From: a virus
Taxonomy: Duplodnaviria; Heunggongvirae; Uroviricota; Caudoviricetes
DNA: 22,273 nucleotides
Virus record (IMG/VR): IMGVR_UViG_638275430_000001
Coordinates: 1-22,273 of that record
Strand: one strand, 5' to 3'
Part shown: in pieces, positions 1 to 8,426 of the stretch
Position numbering within the stretch: the first letter of the stretch is position 1
How the letters are laid out: each line of letters begins with the position of its first letter
The notes under the pieces: model-generated
Databases searched by the model: none
What the model saw: only the letters and a program-made list of their open reading frames with translations
What the model was told of the DNA's origin: nothing
Position numbers and translations under genes: made by a program

Positions 1-2199
1 TTATTTTGCGACTTCTACGATGTTTTTAGCGATTGCATCTTTCAAATCATAGATCTGATTGAGATACCCAATGATCAGAGGGTTATTCTTCTCAAATTCG
101 CGAACTTTCGCATAAGCGCGGTCCGTTGCTTCCTTAACGAGTTTGGATACCACACCTTCAAGTGTACGCTGTTTGGCGTCTTTCAAGTCACAACGAGAAT
201 CACGAACTAACAGCAGGAATTCACCGATATCGCTACGTTGGCCGTTATGTCCACACAGATCGTCAGTCAGTGGCTTAGTGATTGGGTTAGATGACAGACG
301 GTTGATCCAACGCTCATTCACAGTCACACCGAAGTGATCCATAGTGACTTTGCCCATCTGATCCACAACATAATCGGTAACCATGAACTCGTTAAACTGC
401 TCGATATCCTTGTTTTTATCTGCCCGTGCCCAGTGCTGGGACTTGAAGACATAAACAGTTTTACCTTCCAGTTTAGACCAAGTTTTAATGATTCGATCAT
501 TGAACGTGGTAACAGTTTTCCAGTTTTCGTACTTGTCGCGAGTCTTGCCGTTTTTCAGAGTCTCGGTAGTGATCGTCGGAGTAGCAATCTTGTGATATCC
601 ATATTCATGGGCACACCAGATAACATCTTTCAGATCATCGATATCTTCGACATACATCTGGACTTCGGATGTAACGCCATTCTCGTATTTTACAACGTTA
701 GTTGCCTTACCGGTACGCTTCTTGACTTGAATCAAGCCTTTGTCCTTCATTTCTTTCAGAACTTCGGCACGTACTTTAGACAACAGAATCACTTTACCGT
801 CTTTCATCCGAGTCGGGAAATATTTCAGGTACTCTACCATGTTTTCGCGATTCGCTTTACCAACGGTAATGCTTTTCGGGTCTTTCTCGTCAACTTTCGC
901 ATTGGAGAATACATCAAACACATGTGCACCTTCAACTCGGAATTTGTTCAGACGATCAAGTCCGTACATAACTTCGGCAGCTCCAGTTTTCAGATCGTTG
1001 ATGATCACTGGACGGAAACTTGCACCAAAGCTAATATCTACGCCGTTTGACCAACGCTGTTTAACTTTACGAACGGTACCAGCACCAACGCTTGCACGAA
1101 CGATAGGAACATCTGCATTAGGACGAGTATATCCATTCAGTTGTGCTTTCCAAGTCTCGATAGTTTTCTTGCGGAACACACGCTTTTGAATCATGCGTTG
1201 CCACACTTCGTTCGGGAATCTGCCAATCATGTGTGAATACAGTTCGCGGATATCTTTGCATTTTTTGAATGCGTCGTCAATCTCTACCTCGTGAACTTTG
1301 TTCAGCAGTTTCATCCGCTTATCTATTGACGCGATGGTGTCCGGATCCAATGACAGTTCTTCGCGGCTCGGAGTCATATCCAGTTCGCCGATTTCAAAGC
1401 GAACGTAATATGTCTTACGAGAGGCATAAAGACCAATCATGGTGTTGTTCCAGTATTCAGCTGGAATCGGATACACTACACCACCCATAACAGCATACAC
1501 GCCGTTGCCGTGCTGTGAGTTGTAATTGCTGTCAATCTTGCAAATACCGTCTTTGTCGAACTCAAGATAGTTCACAGTGATCGGCTTGCCAATGAATCGA
1601 GGACGATACTCACCAAACGAACAGAACACGCGCTTGGCTTCTGCTTCCCAAGTATTCATGTCGTTAGACACAGGAACAGTAACTTCAACGCCAGTGTGTT
1701 CGGAAGAATCTTCCTCATACATTTTCATGATGTTCGGCTCGCCGTTTTTCATGAATGCGCTGAAAATCATTTTCTTGCCACCGAACCAAGAAGTAACGGT
1801 GAAAGTGTCGGTGTATGCGAACGGAGACTTACATCCCAGACCGAAGCCACCGATTTCGTCGTTACTGTTGGACTTGGTACTTGCAAAGTAAGTGCAGTAA
1901 AGCCCGGTAACATCTTCCTCACTCAGACCAATACCGTAATCACGGACGCTGAATTGTTGATTCAACATGCTCGGCAGAGTGACGTCGAAAGTCTTGCTAA
2001 CTTCTACGCCAGTGCGTTTCAGAGCGATGTGGCCATCTACGGCGTTGCAACACAGTTCACGAATGATCGCACGTTGCTTGTATTTGTACAAAGAGCTGGA
2101 CAGAATCTTGAATGCTTTTGCACTCGCCAGAATCTTAAAGCCCGCGCTTTGGTCTGCCGCGCTTCCGTAAATCTCGGTTTGTTCTTGATGAATTTTCAT
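1..2199 (-). CDS. rIIA: RIIA protein (GHKL/Hsp90-like ATPase N-terminal domain), 732 aa, complete
   Basis: N-terminus resembles T4 rIIA (FKILSSSLY..K.RAIIRELCCNAVDGH). GHKL motifs VRDYGIGL and IGGFGLGCKSPF are present. Stop TAA at 1-3. Confidence 0.95.
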   Translation of the reverse strand: MKIHQEQTEIYGSAADQSAGFKILASAKAFKILSSSLYKYKQRAIIRELCCNAVDGHIALKRTGVEVSKTFDVTLPSMLNQQFSVRDYGIGLSEEDVTGLYCTYFASTKSNSNDEIGGFGLGCKSPFAYTDTFTVTSWFGGKKMIFSAFMKNGEPNIMKMYEEDSSEHTGVEVTVPVSNDMNTWEAEAKRVFCSFGEYRPRFIGKPITVNYLEFDKDGICKIDSNYNSQHGNGVYAVMGGVVYPIPAEYWNNTMIGLYASRKTYYVRFEIGELDMTPSREELSLDPDTIASIDKRMKLLNKVHEVEIDDAFKKCKDIRELYSHMIGRFPNEVWQRMIQKRVFRKKTIETWKAQLNGYTRPNADVPIVRASVGAGTVRKVKQRWSNGVDISFGASFRPVIINDLKTGAAEVMYGLDRLNKFRVEGAHVFDVFSNAKVDEKDPKSITVGKANRENMVEYLKYFPTRMKDGKVILLSKVRAEVLKEMKDKGLIQVKKRTGKATNVVKYENGVTSEVQMYVEDIDDLKDVIWCAHEYGYHKIATPTITTETLKNGKTRDKYENWKTVTTFNDRIIKTWSKLEGKTVYVFKSQHWARADKNKDIEQFNEFMVTDYVVDQMGKVTMDHFGVTVNERWINRLSSNPITKPLTDDLCGHNGQRSDIGEFLLLVRDSRCDLKDAKQRTLEGVVSKLVKEATDRAYAKVREFEKNNPLIIGYLNQIYDLKDAIAKNIVEVAK

Positions 2200-2248
2200 T
2201 GTTTGCTCTCATTGTTGACATAATATATTCCTCACATAACATCAGAAA

Positions 2249-2266
2249 GTGGCTGGTGTCAGCCAC
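2249..2266 (-). terminator. Probable intrinsic terminator upstream of rIIA
   Basis: Minus strand GTGGCTG-ACAC-CAGCCAC (7-bp stem) followed by TTTCT, just after the stop of the 95-aa ORF. Confidence 0.55.
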
Positions 2267-2270
2267 CGGT

Positions 2271-2558
2271 TTATTTGAATGCGGCGAATGTCGCCTCTGC
2301 TTGTTTCTTGAAAACCCAGTCAACAAACTCTGCCTCGGTCTTCAATTCACTCAACATGATGCCATCATACGTGCTGTTAGCCCATCTGTCAAATGTTTTT
2401 TCGTGCTCGCTGATCTCAAACATGCCATCACATGCAACACGGAATCGAAATAGACCGTTTTTAGAAACGGGATAAAACTTATCCCACTTCCGGTCTTTAC
2501 CAATTTTCAGCAAAGCCGTCTTACACCAATGCTTATACTGCTTGGGTAGTTTTGTCAT
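2271..2558 (-). CDS. Hypothetical protein, 95 aa
   Basis: Co-oriented ORF with a TAATG stop/start overlap with the upstream ORF. No recognised motif. Confidence 0.75.
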   Translation of the reverse strand: MTKLPKQYKHWCKTALLKIGKDRKWDKFYPVSKNGLFRFRVACDGMFEISEHEKTFDRWANSTYDGIMLSELKTEAEFVDWVFKKQAEATFAAFK

Positions 2559-2869
2559 TACAGATACTCGTCAAACCAACGTTCGCCCAGCTCTTCCAGA
2601 TCGACTTCGTAACCGAAGATCAAATTCAGATTAGCAGTTTTATGGGTAATCTCGCTCGTCTCTTTCAGAGATTCGCGGAGCTTCTTAACTTCCTGCTTAA
2701 CTGTATGCAGAACTTTGATTTCGTGTTCCTCGCAATACAATTCCCATTCGCCGAACTTGACATCGATAAACTTGATAAACTTCTCACGGAGAAAAGTCAT
2801 CTTGCCGATTTTAATGCACGGGCTGATTTTCTTGGAGATATCGCCCAGATTCTTAGTCAGATTACCCAT
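2558..2869 (-). CDS. Hypothetical protein, 103 aa
   Basis: Co-oriented and tightly packed between the CYTH gene and the 95-aa ORF. No recognised motif. Confidence 0.7.
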   Translation of the reverse strand: MGNLTKNLGDISKKISPCIKIGKMTFLREKFIKFIDVKFGEWELYCEEHEIKVLHTVKQEVKKLRESLKETSEITHKTANLNLIFGYEVDLEELGERWFDEYL

Positions 2870-3345
2870 TTTTGTTCCAACACCTTTTTAGAAGCTTTCT
2901 TAGACATACGACGGTTATTATAACGCTTGTCGCCGGTTACTTCAAGACCCATCCACTCAGGAAGCGGAAGAATTTCTTCGTTTTCATGGGCAAGCTCAAT
3001 CTCCGCGAGCTTAAACCCTTCATAGGGATAGCTTTGAAACTCGTCCAGCTCAATCTTATGCTTGCCGTGTTGGTACTCACTGCGCTGTTTCTTCAACACG
3101 CCACCGACCGGAGCACGACGTTTGGCAAACTCATAGATGAACTTAGGAATACGTGTTTCCAGTTCAATCTTACTCATGCCTTTACCAATCTTCATATTCC
3201 AGAAGTAGGTAGAAATGCCGTGGTGTTGTTTACGGAATCGCAGTTTACCGAGATAAAACTGCTCAATCTCTAACCGACGAATCGGTTGATCTTCGATTAC
3301 TACATCCGGATTTACCAGATACTTACGTTCAATTTCAAGTAACAT
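2857..3345 (-). CDS. CYTH-domain (triphosphate tunnel metalloenzyme / class IV adenylate cyclase-like) protein, 162 aa
   Basis: N-terminal ExExK signature (LEIERKYLV). CYTH-like features include IEQFYL, K..IELET.I, IELDEF, LAEIEL, and P.WMG.EVTGDKRYNN. RBS AAGGAG. Confidence 0.85.
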   Translation of the reverse strand: MLLEIERKYLVNPDVVIEDQPIRRLEIEQFYLGKLRFRKQHHGISTYFWNMKIGKGMSKIELETRIPKFIYEFAKRRAPVGGVLKKQRSEYQHGKHKIELDEFQSYPYEGFKLAEIELAHENEEILPLPEWMGLEVTGDKRYNNRRMSKKASKKVLEQKWVI

Positions 3346-3372
3346 ACGCTCTCCTTTTCAAAGCATGGAATG

Positions 3373-3401
3373 ATTCTACACTTTGAAAAAGAGGGTGTCA
3401 A
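3373..3401 (-). promoter_or_regulatory. Sigma70-type promoter for the CYTH operon
   Basis: TTGACA (3396-3401), 17 bp, TAGAAT (3373-3378) on the minus strand. Confidence 0.75.
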
Positions 3402-3408
3402 CCCTCTT
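3386..3408 (-). terminator. Intrinsic terminator at the end of the topoisomerase gene
   Basis: AAGAGGGT-TGAC-ACCCTCTT stem-loop running into TTTTT. It contains the topoisomerase TGA stop. Confidence 0.75.
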
Positions 3409-5239
3409 CCTCTTCAATAATGATATCATCATCGAAACCAAGCCACTGTTTGCGCTTGTGTTCATCATCACCGAACAACATTTCCAGCAGTTCTGGTGTT
3501 TGATCATCGATAACCACTTGTTCCAAAACGAGATTTTCAATACATTGTTTGTATTCGCAATCGTCGCCTTCAACAGTCAACGAGCCAAGACCCTTGATGT
3601 GTCGATGCGTCCACTTGCCGTCGAACTTCTTAGATCTAAACTCGTCGCGAGAATAGCTCCAATCAGTCTTCTTGCCGTTTGTGCTGATATACTCTGGAGT
3701 CCGAACAATGTGAATTCGTCCTTGCTCGAACCAATGCGGCCAGAACTTGTAGAAAAACGCGATAGCCAGCATAGCGATAGAACCCTTGCCGTCTTGATCC
3801 GCGTCAGTCATGATAGCGATATCAGTATAAGCCGGCGCTTCTTTCGAGCGGAGTTCTACGTTGAGAATACCAAGCAGATCTGCGATCTCTTTGTTTTTCA
3901 GCACTTCATGATCAGGCAAATTCCATACGTTCAGCATCTTACCACGCAGGGGATAAGAGCCTTGTGTTTCTTCGTTGCGGAATCGAGTGAATGGACCAAT
4001 CGCCGAATCGCCTTCTGCAAGGAACAACATCGTTTTCAATCTGCCGAGTCCAGCTGCCGCAACGTGTTTCGCTACGTTTGCTTTCTTCGCTTTCTTCTGC
4101 GCTTTAGTTGCAGCCGCTTTATCTGCTGCTTCTTTCTTCGCAAGTGCAGATGCGATAATCGGGTCAATCACTTCTGGGGTTTTCAGAATCTTGCGAGCAA
4201 GAGCCTTATAATCCAGATTCATGTGATCGCGAATCTGTGCCCATGGAGAACTCAATCGCTCTTTTGTCTGACCGTCATACTTCGGCGCTACCAGATTACG
4301 AATAAACAAGCCAATAAGCAAGCATTCTTTGATTCTTGCTTTGTTGATTTCGATCTTGTGCTGACGCTTGATCATCGGAATCAGTTCATCACTCAGAGAG
4401 TCCAGCACGCCATAAACGTGATTGCCACCCTGCTTGGTGTGAACACCGTTAACAAAGCTCAGTTGTCTGTATTCTTCGGAAGTCGCAAAGAACAAGCTAA
4501 CGTTATCATCGTTATGACTTACAACATCACCGAATTGCGCGGCGAACTTACTAAACTTACCTTCAACTTTCTTGCCGTTATACTTGAAAGTAATCGGTGG
4601 GAAGTTTACTGCCAGTGTCAACAGTCGAGACTGAATAACTTGCTCGAAATCTTCATCAAGCTGGAACACACCAAATCGAGTGAAGTCAGGAACAAATGTT
4701 ACATTCGTACCTTTGAATTTACCCGCTTTAGTTGTATAGCTTACTTCATCCGCGTTGTTTGTGCAACGTACAGTTACGGTATTTGTGCCGTTGCCGGTTT
4801 CACCAACGAAACTATCAGAGAAAAAGTTAGTAAGTGCAGAGCCAACTCCGTTTTTACCAATAGTCTTACGATCTGCGGAGAAGTTAGAGCCAGCGCGAGC
4901 GCGAGTCCAAGCAGCCAATGGCAACGGTACTTCAACACCTTCCGGAGTGACTACCATACCCTGAGGCAAACCACGGCCGTTATCTTTGACGCTTACCTGA
5001 TTGTCTTTAATAACTACTTCGATTTGATTTGCATGTTCGAAGTTAGTTCGGATCGCTTCATCCACGCTGTTATCGATCACTTCATCCGTGATCTTTACTA
5101 GACCAGGGACATACGCGATTTGAACAAACTTGCCGTCAACCAGAACATCATGGGTTTCGGTAGAAGTCGAACCGATGTACATATCCGTATTGATAAGGCA
5201 GTGTTCTTTGTCGGATAAAACTTTAAACTCTTGGGACAT
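3398..5239 (-). CDS. 39: DNA topoisomerase II large subunit (fused gp39+gp60), 613 aa
   Basis: GHKL ATPase (EVIDNSVDE, DNGRG, GKNGVGS) plus TOPRIM (LAEGDSA, YPLRGKMLN, MTDADQDG) and gp60-like tail HIKGLGS, all in one ORF. Confidence 0.96.
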   Translation of the reverse strand: MSQEFKVLSDKEHCLINTDMYIGSTSTETHDVLVDGKFVQIAYVPGLVKITDEVIDNSVDEAIRTNFEHANQIEVVIKDNQVSVKDNGRGLPQGMVVTPEGVEVPLPLAAWTRARAGSNFSADRKTIGKNGVGSALTNFFSDSFVGETGNGTNTVTVRCTNNADEVSYTTKAGKFKGTNVTFVPDFTRFGVFQLDEDFEQVIQSRLLTLAVNFPPITFKYNGKKVEGKFSKFAAQFGDVVSHNDDNVSLFFATSEEYRQLSFVNGVHTKQGGNHVYGVLDSLSDELIPMIKRQHKIEINKARIKECLLIGLFIRNLVAPKYDGQTKERLSSPWAQIRDHMNLDYKALARKILKTPEVIDPIIASALAKKEAADKAAATKAQKKAKKANVAKHVAAAGLGRLKTMLFLAEGDSAIGPFTRFRNEETQGSYPLRGKMLNVWNLPDHEVLKNKEIADLLGILNVELRSKEAPAYTDIAIMTDADQDGKGSIAMLAIAFFYKFWPHWFEQGRIHIVRTPEYISTNGKKTDWSYSRDEFRSKKFDGKWTHRHIKGLGSLTVEGDDCEYKQCIENLVLEQVVIDDQTPELLEMLFGDDEHKRKQWLGFDDDIIIEEEEG

Positions 5240-5274
5240 TGATACCTCTTATATGTGGAGCACTTAGACTCCAC

Positions 5275-5303
5275 ATTATACACAATAAATCGATTTGGTA
5301 AAC
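5275..5303 (-). promoter_or_regulatory. T4 early-type promoter for the topoisomerase gene
   Basis: GTTTAC (5298-5303), 17 bp, TATAAT (5275-5280); RBS AAGAGG before the ATG at 5239. Confidence 0.8.
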
Positions 5304-5304
5304 G

Positions 5305-5805
5305 TTAGATTACCTGTTTCTTCCACTTCTCGTTCTTGCTAATCATTGCGTTAACAATCAGTTCGCGGGCTTTGTCGGCAACAAGTGCTTTATCGACATT
5401 ATCTCCGATCTGTTTTCTTAACTTCTCGTACAGTTCAACATAAACGAGATCGATGCCACTGATAATCAGATCTGCGATTTCGCAGTGCAGCGGCTCAGGG
5501 TGTTGCTTATGCGGCTTGTTAATCACTGTAGCCGCTTCGCCAAGCTCTTCCGTACACTTGCCCAGTACATAGTGTTGGCTACGTTCTACCGGTGCAATCT
5601 GAGACGTTTCCAGCACGTTGGCGATTGGGTCAACTGACTTGAGATTTTGAGCAGCATTCCAGCCCATTACCCAAGTGTTCCAGCAGCCACCACGAACGAT
5701 GAAACGCTGGTCTTCATTCAGATTTTCCCAGTTATAAGCTTTCTGGAATTCCCGCTCACAATCGAGACGATTTACAGGAGCAAGACGGACATCAAGTGGA
5801 AACAT
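5305..5805 (-). CDS. MazG-like all-alpha NTP pyrophosphohydrolase domain protein, 166 aa
   Basis: The C-terminal half has the paired acidic helices KCTEELGEAA and CEIADLII typical of MazG-like enzymes. The N-terminal ~60 aa are unrecognised. Confidence 0.65.
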   Translation of the reverse strand: MFPLDVRLAPVNRLDCEREFQKAYNWENLNEDQRFIVRGGCWNTWVMGWNAAQNLKSVDPIANVLETSQIAPVERSQHYVLGKCTEELGEAATVINKPHKQHPEPLHCEIADLIISGIDLVYVELYEKLRKQIGDNVDKALVADKARELIVNAMISKNEKWKKQVI

Positions 5806-5807
5806 TT

Positions 5808-6011
5808 TTAGCCCTTAATAAAAGCGTAGGCACGTTTGTAGCTGACAATGATGCCGTCTACACGAGATTCGATATCAATATCACTCGGAACGCGCAGATC
5901 CATGATTGCGCGGAAGATAACTTCGCGTGAACTTTCGATCAGGTTGTACACAGTACGATCCAGAGTGTCGATTTGTTTTTGCTCGAACTCGGTAAAAATT
6001 CTTTCTTCCAT
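5808..6011 (-). CDS. Hypothetical protein, 67 aa (start reassigned to MEERI)
   Basis: GAGG RBS upstream of the ATG at 6011. The longer 6077 start would overlap a separate upstream ORF. Confidence 0.7.
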   Translation of the reverse strand: MEERIFTEFEQKQIDTLDRTVYNLIESSREVIFRAIMDLRVPSDIDIESRVDGIIVSYKRAYAFIKG

Positions 6012-6012
6012 T

Positions 6013-6186
6013 TTATGCTTCCTCGTTGTATTCAGTGCCAGCGTCGGTAACAGTTCGTTCTGCCAACGCTTTGCCATCTTTGTTGTAGATTACGGTAGTC
6101 ATTTCGCCAAAGCCATACGAGGTACGCTCAAAAGCACCTTCGACAGTAGCTAGGATTTCGTTATAACGTACTTCGTTGATTTTCAT
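6013..6186 (-). CDS. Hypothetical protein, 57 aa (not in the ORF track)
   Basis: Hand-translated MKINEVRYNEILATVEGAFERTSYGFGEMTTVIYNKDGKALAERTVTDAGTEYNEEA. RBS AAGAGG. It fills the gap between the dexA stop (6189) and the next ATG (6011). Confidence 0.75.
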   Translation of the reverse strand: MKINEVRYNEILATVEGAFERTSYGFGEMTTVIYNKDGKALAERTVTDAGTEYNEEA

Positions 6187-6188
6187 CT

Positions 6189-6869
6189 TTAGCCTCTTAA
6201 AATAGAAAGTGGGTCAACATTATCGCCAGTCGGCATGTCTTCTAGACCCCAAGCATAACGCTTAGAGTATATAAGCATAAGGATATCCTTGGCGCAGTCA
6301 TGAATACTATCATGTTTCACGAATCCGTCAAGTGTTCCTTTCGGAAGTGGGCAAATAGTTTGCATTCTAGAGCACAAATTTTGTTCAATCGCTGTTCTAA
6401 TATCGCGTTGGCGAGAGAAGTTAACAGGTTGTTCAAAAATTGTATCGTCCTGTTCGAGATACTCGGAAAGCATATCCTCGAATATCGCAAAGTCAAAGCT
6501 ATTGCCACGACACCACGCGAGTGATTTCCAGTAGTCAACTTTGAAACCTGGACGTCTGATATAGTCAAAGAACTTTTCCATACCGACGTTGATGTTAACA
6601 TCATTCATACTGGGTTTCAAGTTCTTTTTCGCTTCCGGAACTTGATTCTTCCACCACTCGATTGTGGATTTCATTTTATGACGATTTGACTGAGATTTCA
6701 AGTCAAACTTGATCTTTATACCACGAGACACGAGTTCCTGAAAGCTGGGAGGATTTTGAATATCCTCCCGATAAACGATAGCAGCTAAATCAATAACTGT
6801 TGCGTTTGCTTTGTTGCTAAATGTCTCCATGTCGATGATATAATCATCGTACTCTGGAACTTGAATCAT
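6189..6869 (-). CDS. dexA: DexA 3'-5' exonuclease A, 226 aa
   Basis: DEDDh motifs IIDMET, CRGNSFDF and HDSIHDCAKD; synteny with T4. Confidence 0.93.
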   Translation of the reverse strand: MIQVPEYDDYIIDMETFSNKANATVIDLAAIVYREDIQNPPSFQELVSRGIKIKFDLKSQSNRHKMKSTIEWWKNQVPEAKKNLKPSMNDVNINVGMEKFFDYIRRPGFKVDYWKSLAWCRGNSFDFAIFEDMLSEYLEQDDTIFEQPVNFSRQRDIRTAIEQNLCSRMQTICPLPKGTLDGFVKHDSIHDCAKDILMLIYSKRYAWGLEDMPTGDNVDPLSILRG

Positions 6870-7351
6870 TTAACGCCAGAACTCCCAATGCCAGATTCGC
6901 CGCGTTCGGTATTACGATCAAAGCTTTCGACCTCTTTAAAGCCAAATCCCTTCACATACAGATGGAATACCATTTGCACAACACGATCACCCGGAACGAT
7001 AGTCAGATCACCAGTGCCTTCATTACGCAGCTTGATCATGATCTCGCCGTGATAGTCAGAGTCGATAACACCAGCGGTATTAGCGAGACGGACATAATGC
7101 TTGAACCCCAGACCGGAGCGCGGCAGAATGCATCCATACACACCGATATCAAGAAACACACTTGCGAGTTGCAGAGCGCCAATATCCATTTTCAGACCAG
7201 ACGGAATCACGATATCTTCACCCGGTTTCAGAACTACGGTTTCAGCGATAGCGGCTCGCAGATCGATGCCAGCGGCTTCGGCAGATTTGAAAGCGGGCAG
7301 TTCCCACTCAGGCAGATAATGAGGCAGTCGGATTACAGGAATAGCTTCCAT
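6866..7351 (-). CDS. dut: Trimeric dUTPase, ~161 aa (start MEAIP)
   Basis: All five motifs: AAGIDLRA, PRSG, NTAGVIDSDYHGEI, GDRVVQ, RGESGIGSSG. TAATG overlap with the primase stop and a GGAGA RBS. Confidence 0.95.
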   Translation of the reverse strand: MEAIPVIRLPHYLPEWELPAFKSAEAAGIDLRAAIAETVVLKPGEDIVIPSGLKMDIGALQLASVFLDIGVYGCILPRSGLGFKHYVRLANTAGVIDSDYHGEIMIKLRNEGTGDLTIVPGDRVVQMVFHLYVKGFGFKEVESFDRNTERGESGIGSSGVK

Positions 7352-8385
7352 TAAATTTTTCTCCATTCGGATAGTCTACGTTTAGCACTTAAACCAGAAA
7401 CGATATTCTGTTTCAAATACTGTTCAATTTGTTCGGCAGTAGCGCCTTCGTTTTTGATAATATCGTTGATATCCTTAGATCTCCAAGGACATTCGTACCA
7501 CACAACCACTTTCTCGCCAGCGTCGATAAGCTTCTCCAAACGCTCTACCGTCTCTTTCGATCTCGGCTCGTTATCTAGTACCCACACACGCTTGCTCTTG
7601 AATGGAGCGTCGTTCAGATGCATGGAGCCGCCAACGATAGCCAGAGAGTTTGGAATAAAAACGCTGTCAATTGGACCTTCAAAGTAAAAGACAGTTTTAC
7701 TACCGTCAACACGTTCTAGTCCATAAATTTTGTTCGCTTGATCATCAGGCTTAACAGTCAGATACCGTTGATTCTTGTCAACGTTACCCAATGCGCGTCC
7801 CTGAATACAGCTAACACTGCCGTCTTGATTGTGAATAGGAATAACAAGCCTGTATTCACGATCAACGACTTTATAAGTCTCTGGCTTAATGTGATTGCTC
7901 AGAGCTTTCCAGTTGTCTGTGAAATAAAACAATTTCAGTTTATCTTTCGGCATACAGCGATCAAGCATGTATTGAACAACTGGATGATCTTCTCTCAGTT
8001 CGGATAGTTTAACACAAAACGGAAGATCGGAAACAACTTTTTGCTCTTTTTTCTCAAGTTTTGATCCGAGATTTAGATTGACTTCCTGACGCTTCGGACG
8101 CTCGTTGTCTTTGTACTTCTCTTTGATGTACTCACGGTATAATTCTTCGTGATACATCTGGAGATAGAGTGAAAACGGCAATTGTTTACCGCAGTTGAAA
8201 CACCCATACCAGACTTGGCCATCGCGCTCATAAAACCAGCCGCGAGATTTGTACTTGTCTTTTTGGGAGTCACCACAGATATGACAACGGAAATTGTACT
8301 TGATTTCGTGTGCTCGACTGTGATCGGAAAACATCGGCAACACAAACGCGATCTGGTGCGCCATGTGACGCTGTAGGTAAAGCAT
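7351..8385 (-). CDS. 61: DNA primase gp61, ~344 aa
   Basis: Zn-binding FRCHICGDS..K..RGWFY..GCFNCG and TOPRIM FEGPIDS, LDNEPR, KDIND. GGAGA RBS supports the ATG at 8385. Confidence 0.96.
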   Translation of the reverse strand: MLYLQRHMAHQIAFVLPMFSDHSRAHEIKYNFRCHICGDSQKDKYKSRGWFYERDGQVWYGCFNCGKQLPFSLYLQMYHEELYREYIKEKYKDNERPKRQEVNLNLGSKLEKKEQKVVSDLPFCVKLSELREDHPVVQYMLDRCMPKDKLKLFYFTDNWKALSNHIKPETYKVVDREYRLVIPIHNQDGSVSCIQGRALGNVDKNQRYLTVKPDDQANKIYGLERVDGSKTVFYFEGPIDSVFIPNSLAIVGGSMHLNDAPFKSKRVWVLDNEPRSKETVERLEKLIDAGEKVVVWYECPWRSKDINDIIKNEGATAEQIEQYLKQNIVSGLSAKRRLSEWRKI

Positions 8386-8426
8386 AGTTTCTCCAAACAA
8401 AAATGCCCCAATTAAGGGGCATTGTA

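Noticed and set aside
2234-2262. CTGACA in the hairpin upstream of rIIA as a promoter
   Set aside because: The -10 candidates (TTATGT or TATGTG) do not fit TAnnnT. Kept only as a terminator.
3383-5101. 572-aa plus-strand ORF antisense to the topoisomerase gene
   Set aside because: It is codon-aligned with the sense gene (offset 15 nt), so it stays open simply because gene 39 avoids TTA, CTA and TCA. No motifs are recognisable in it.
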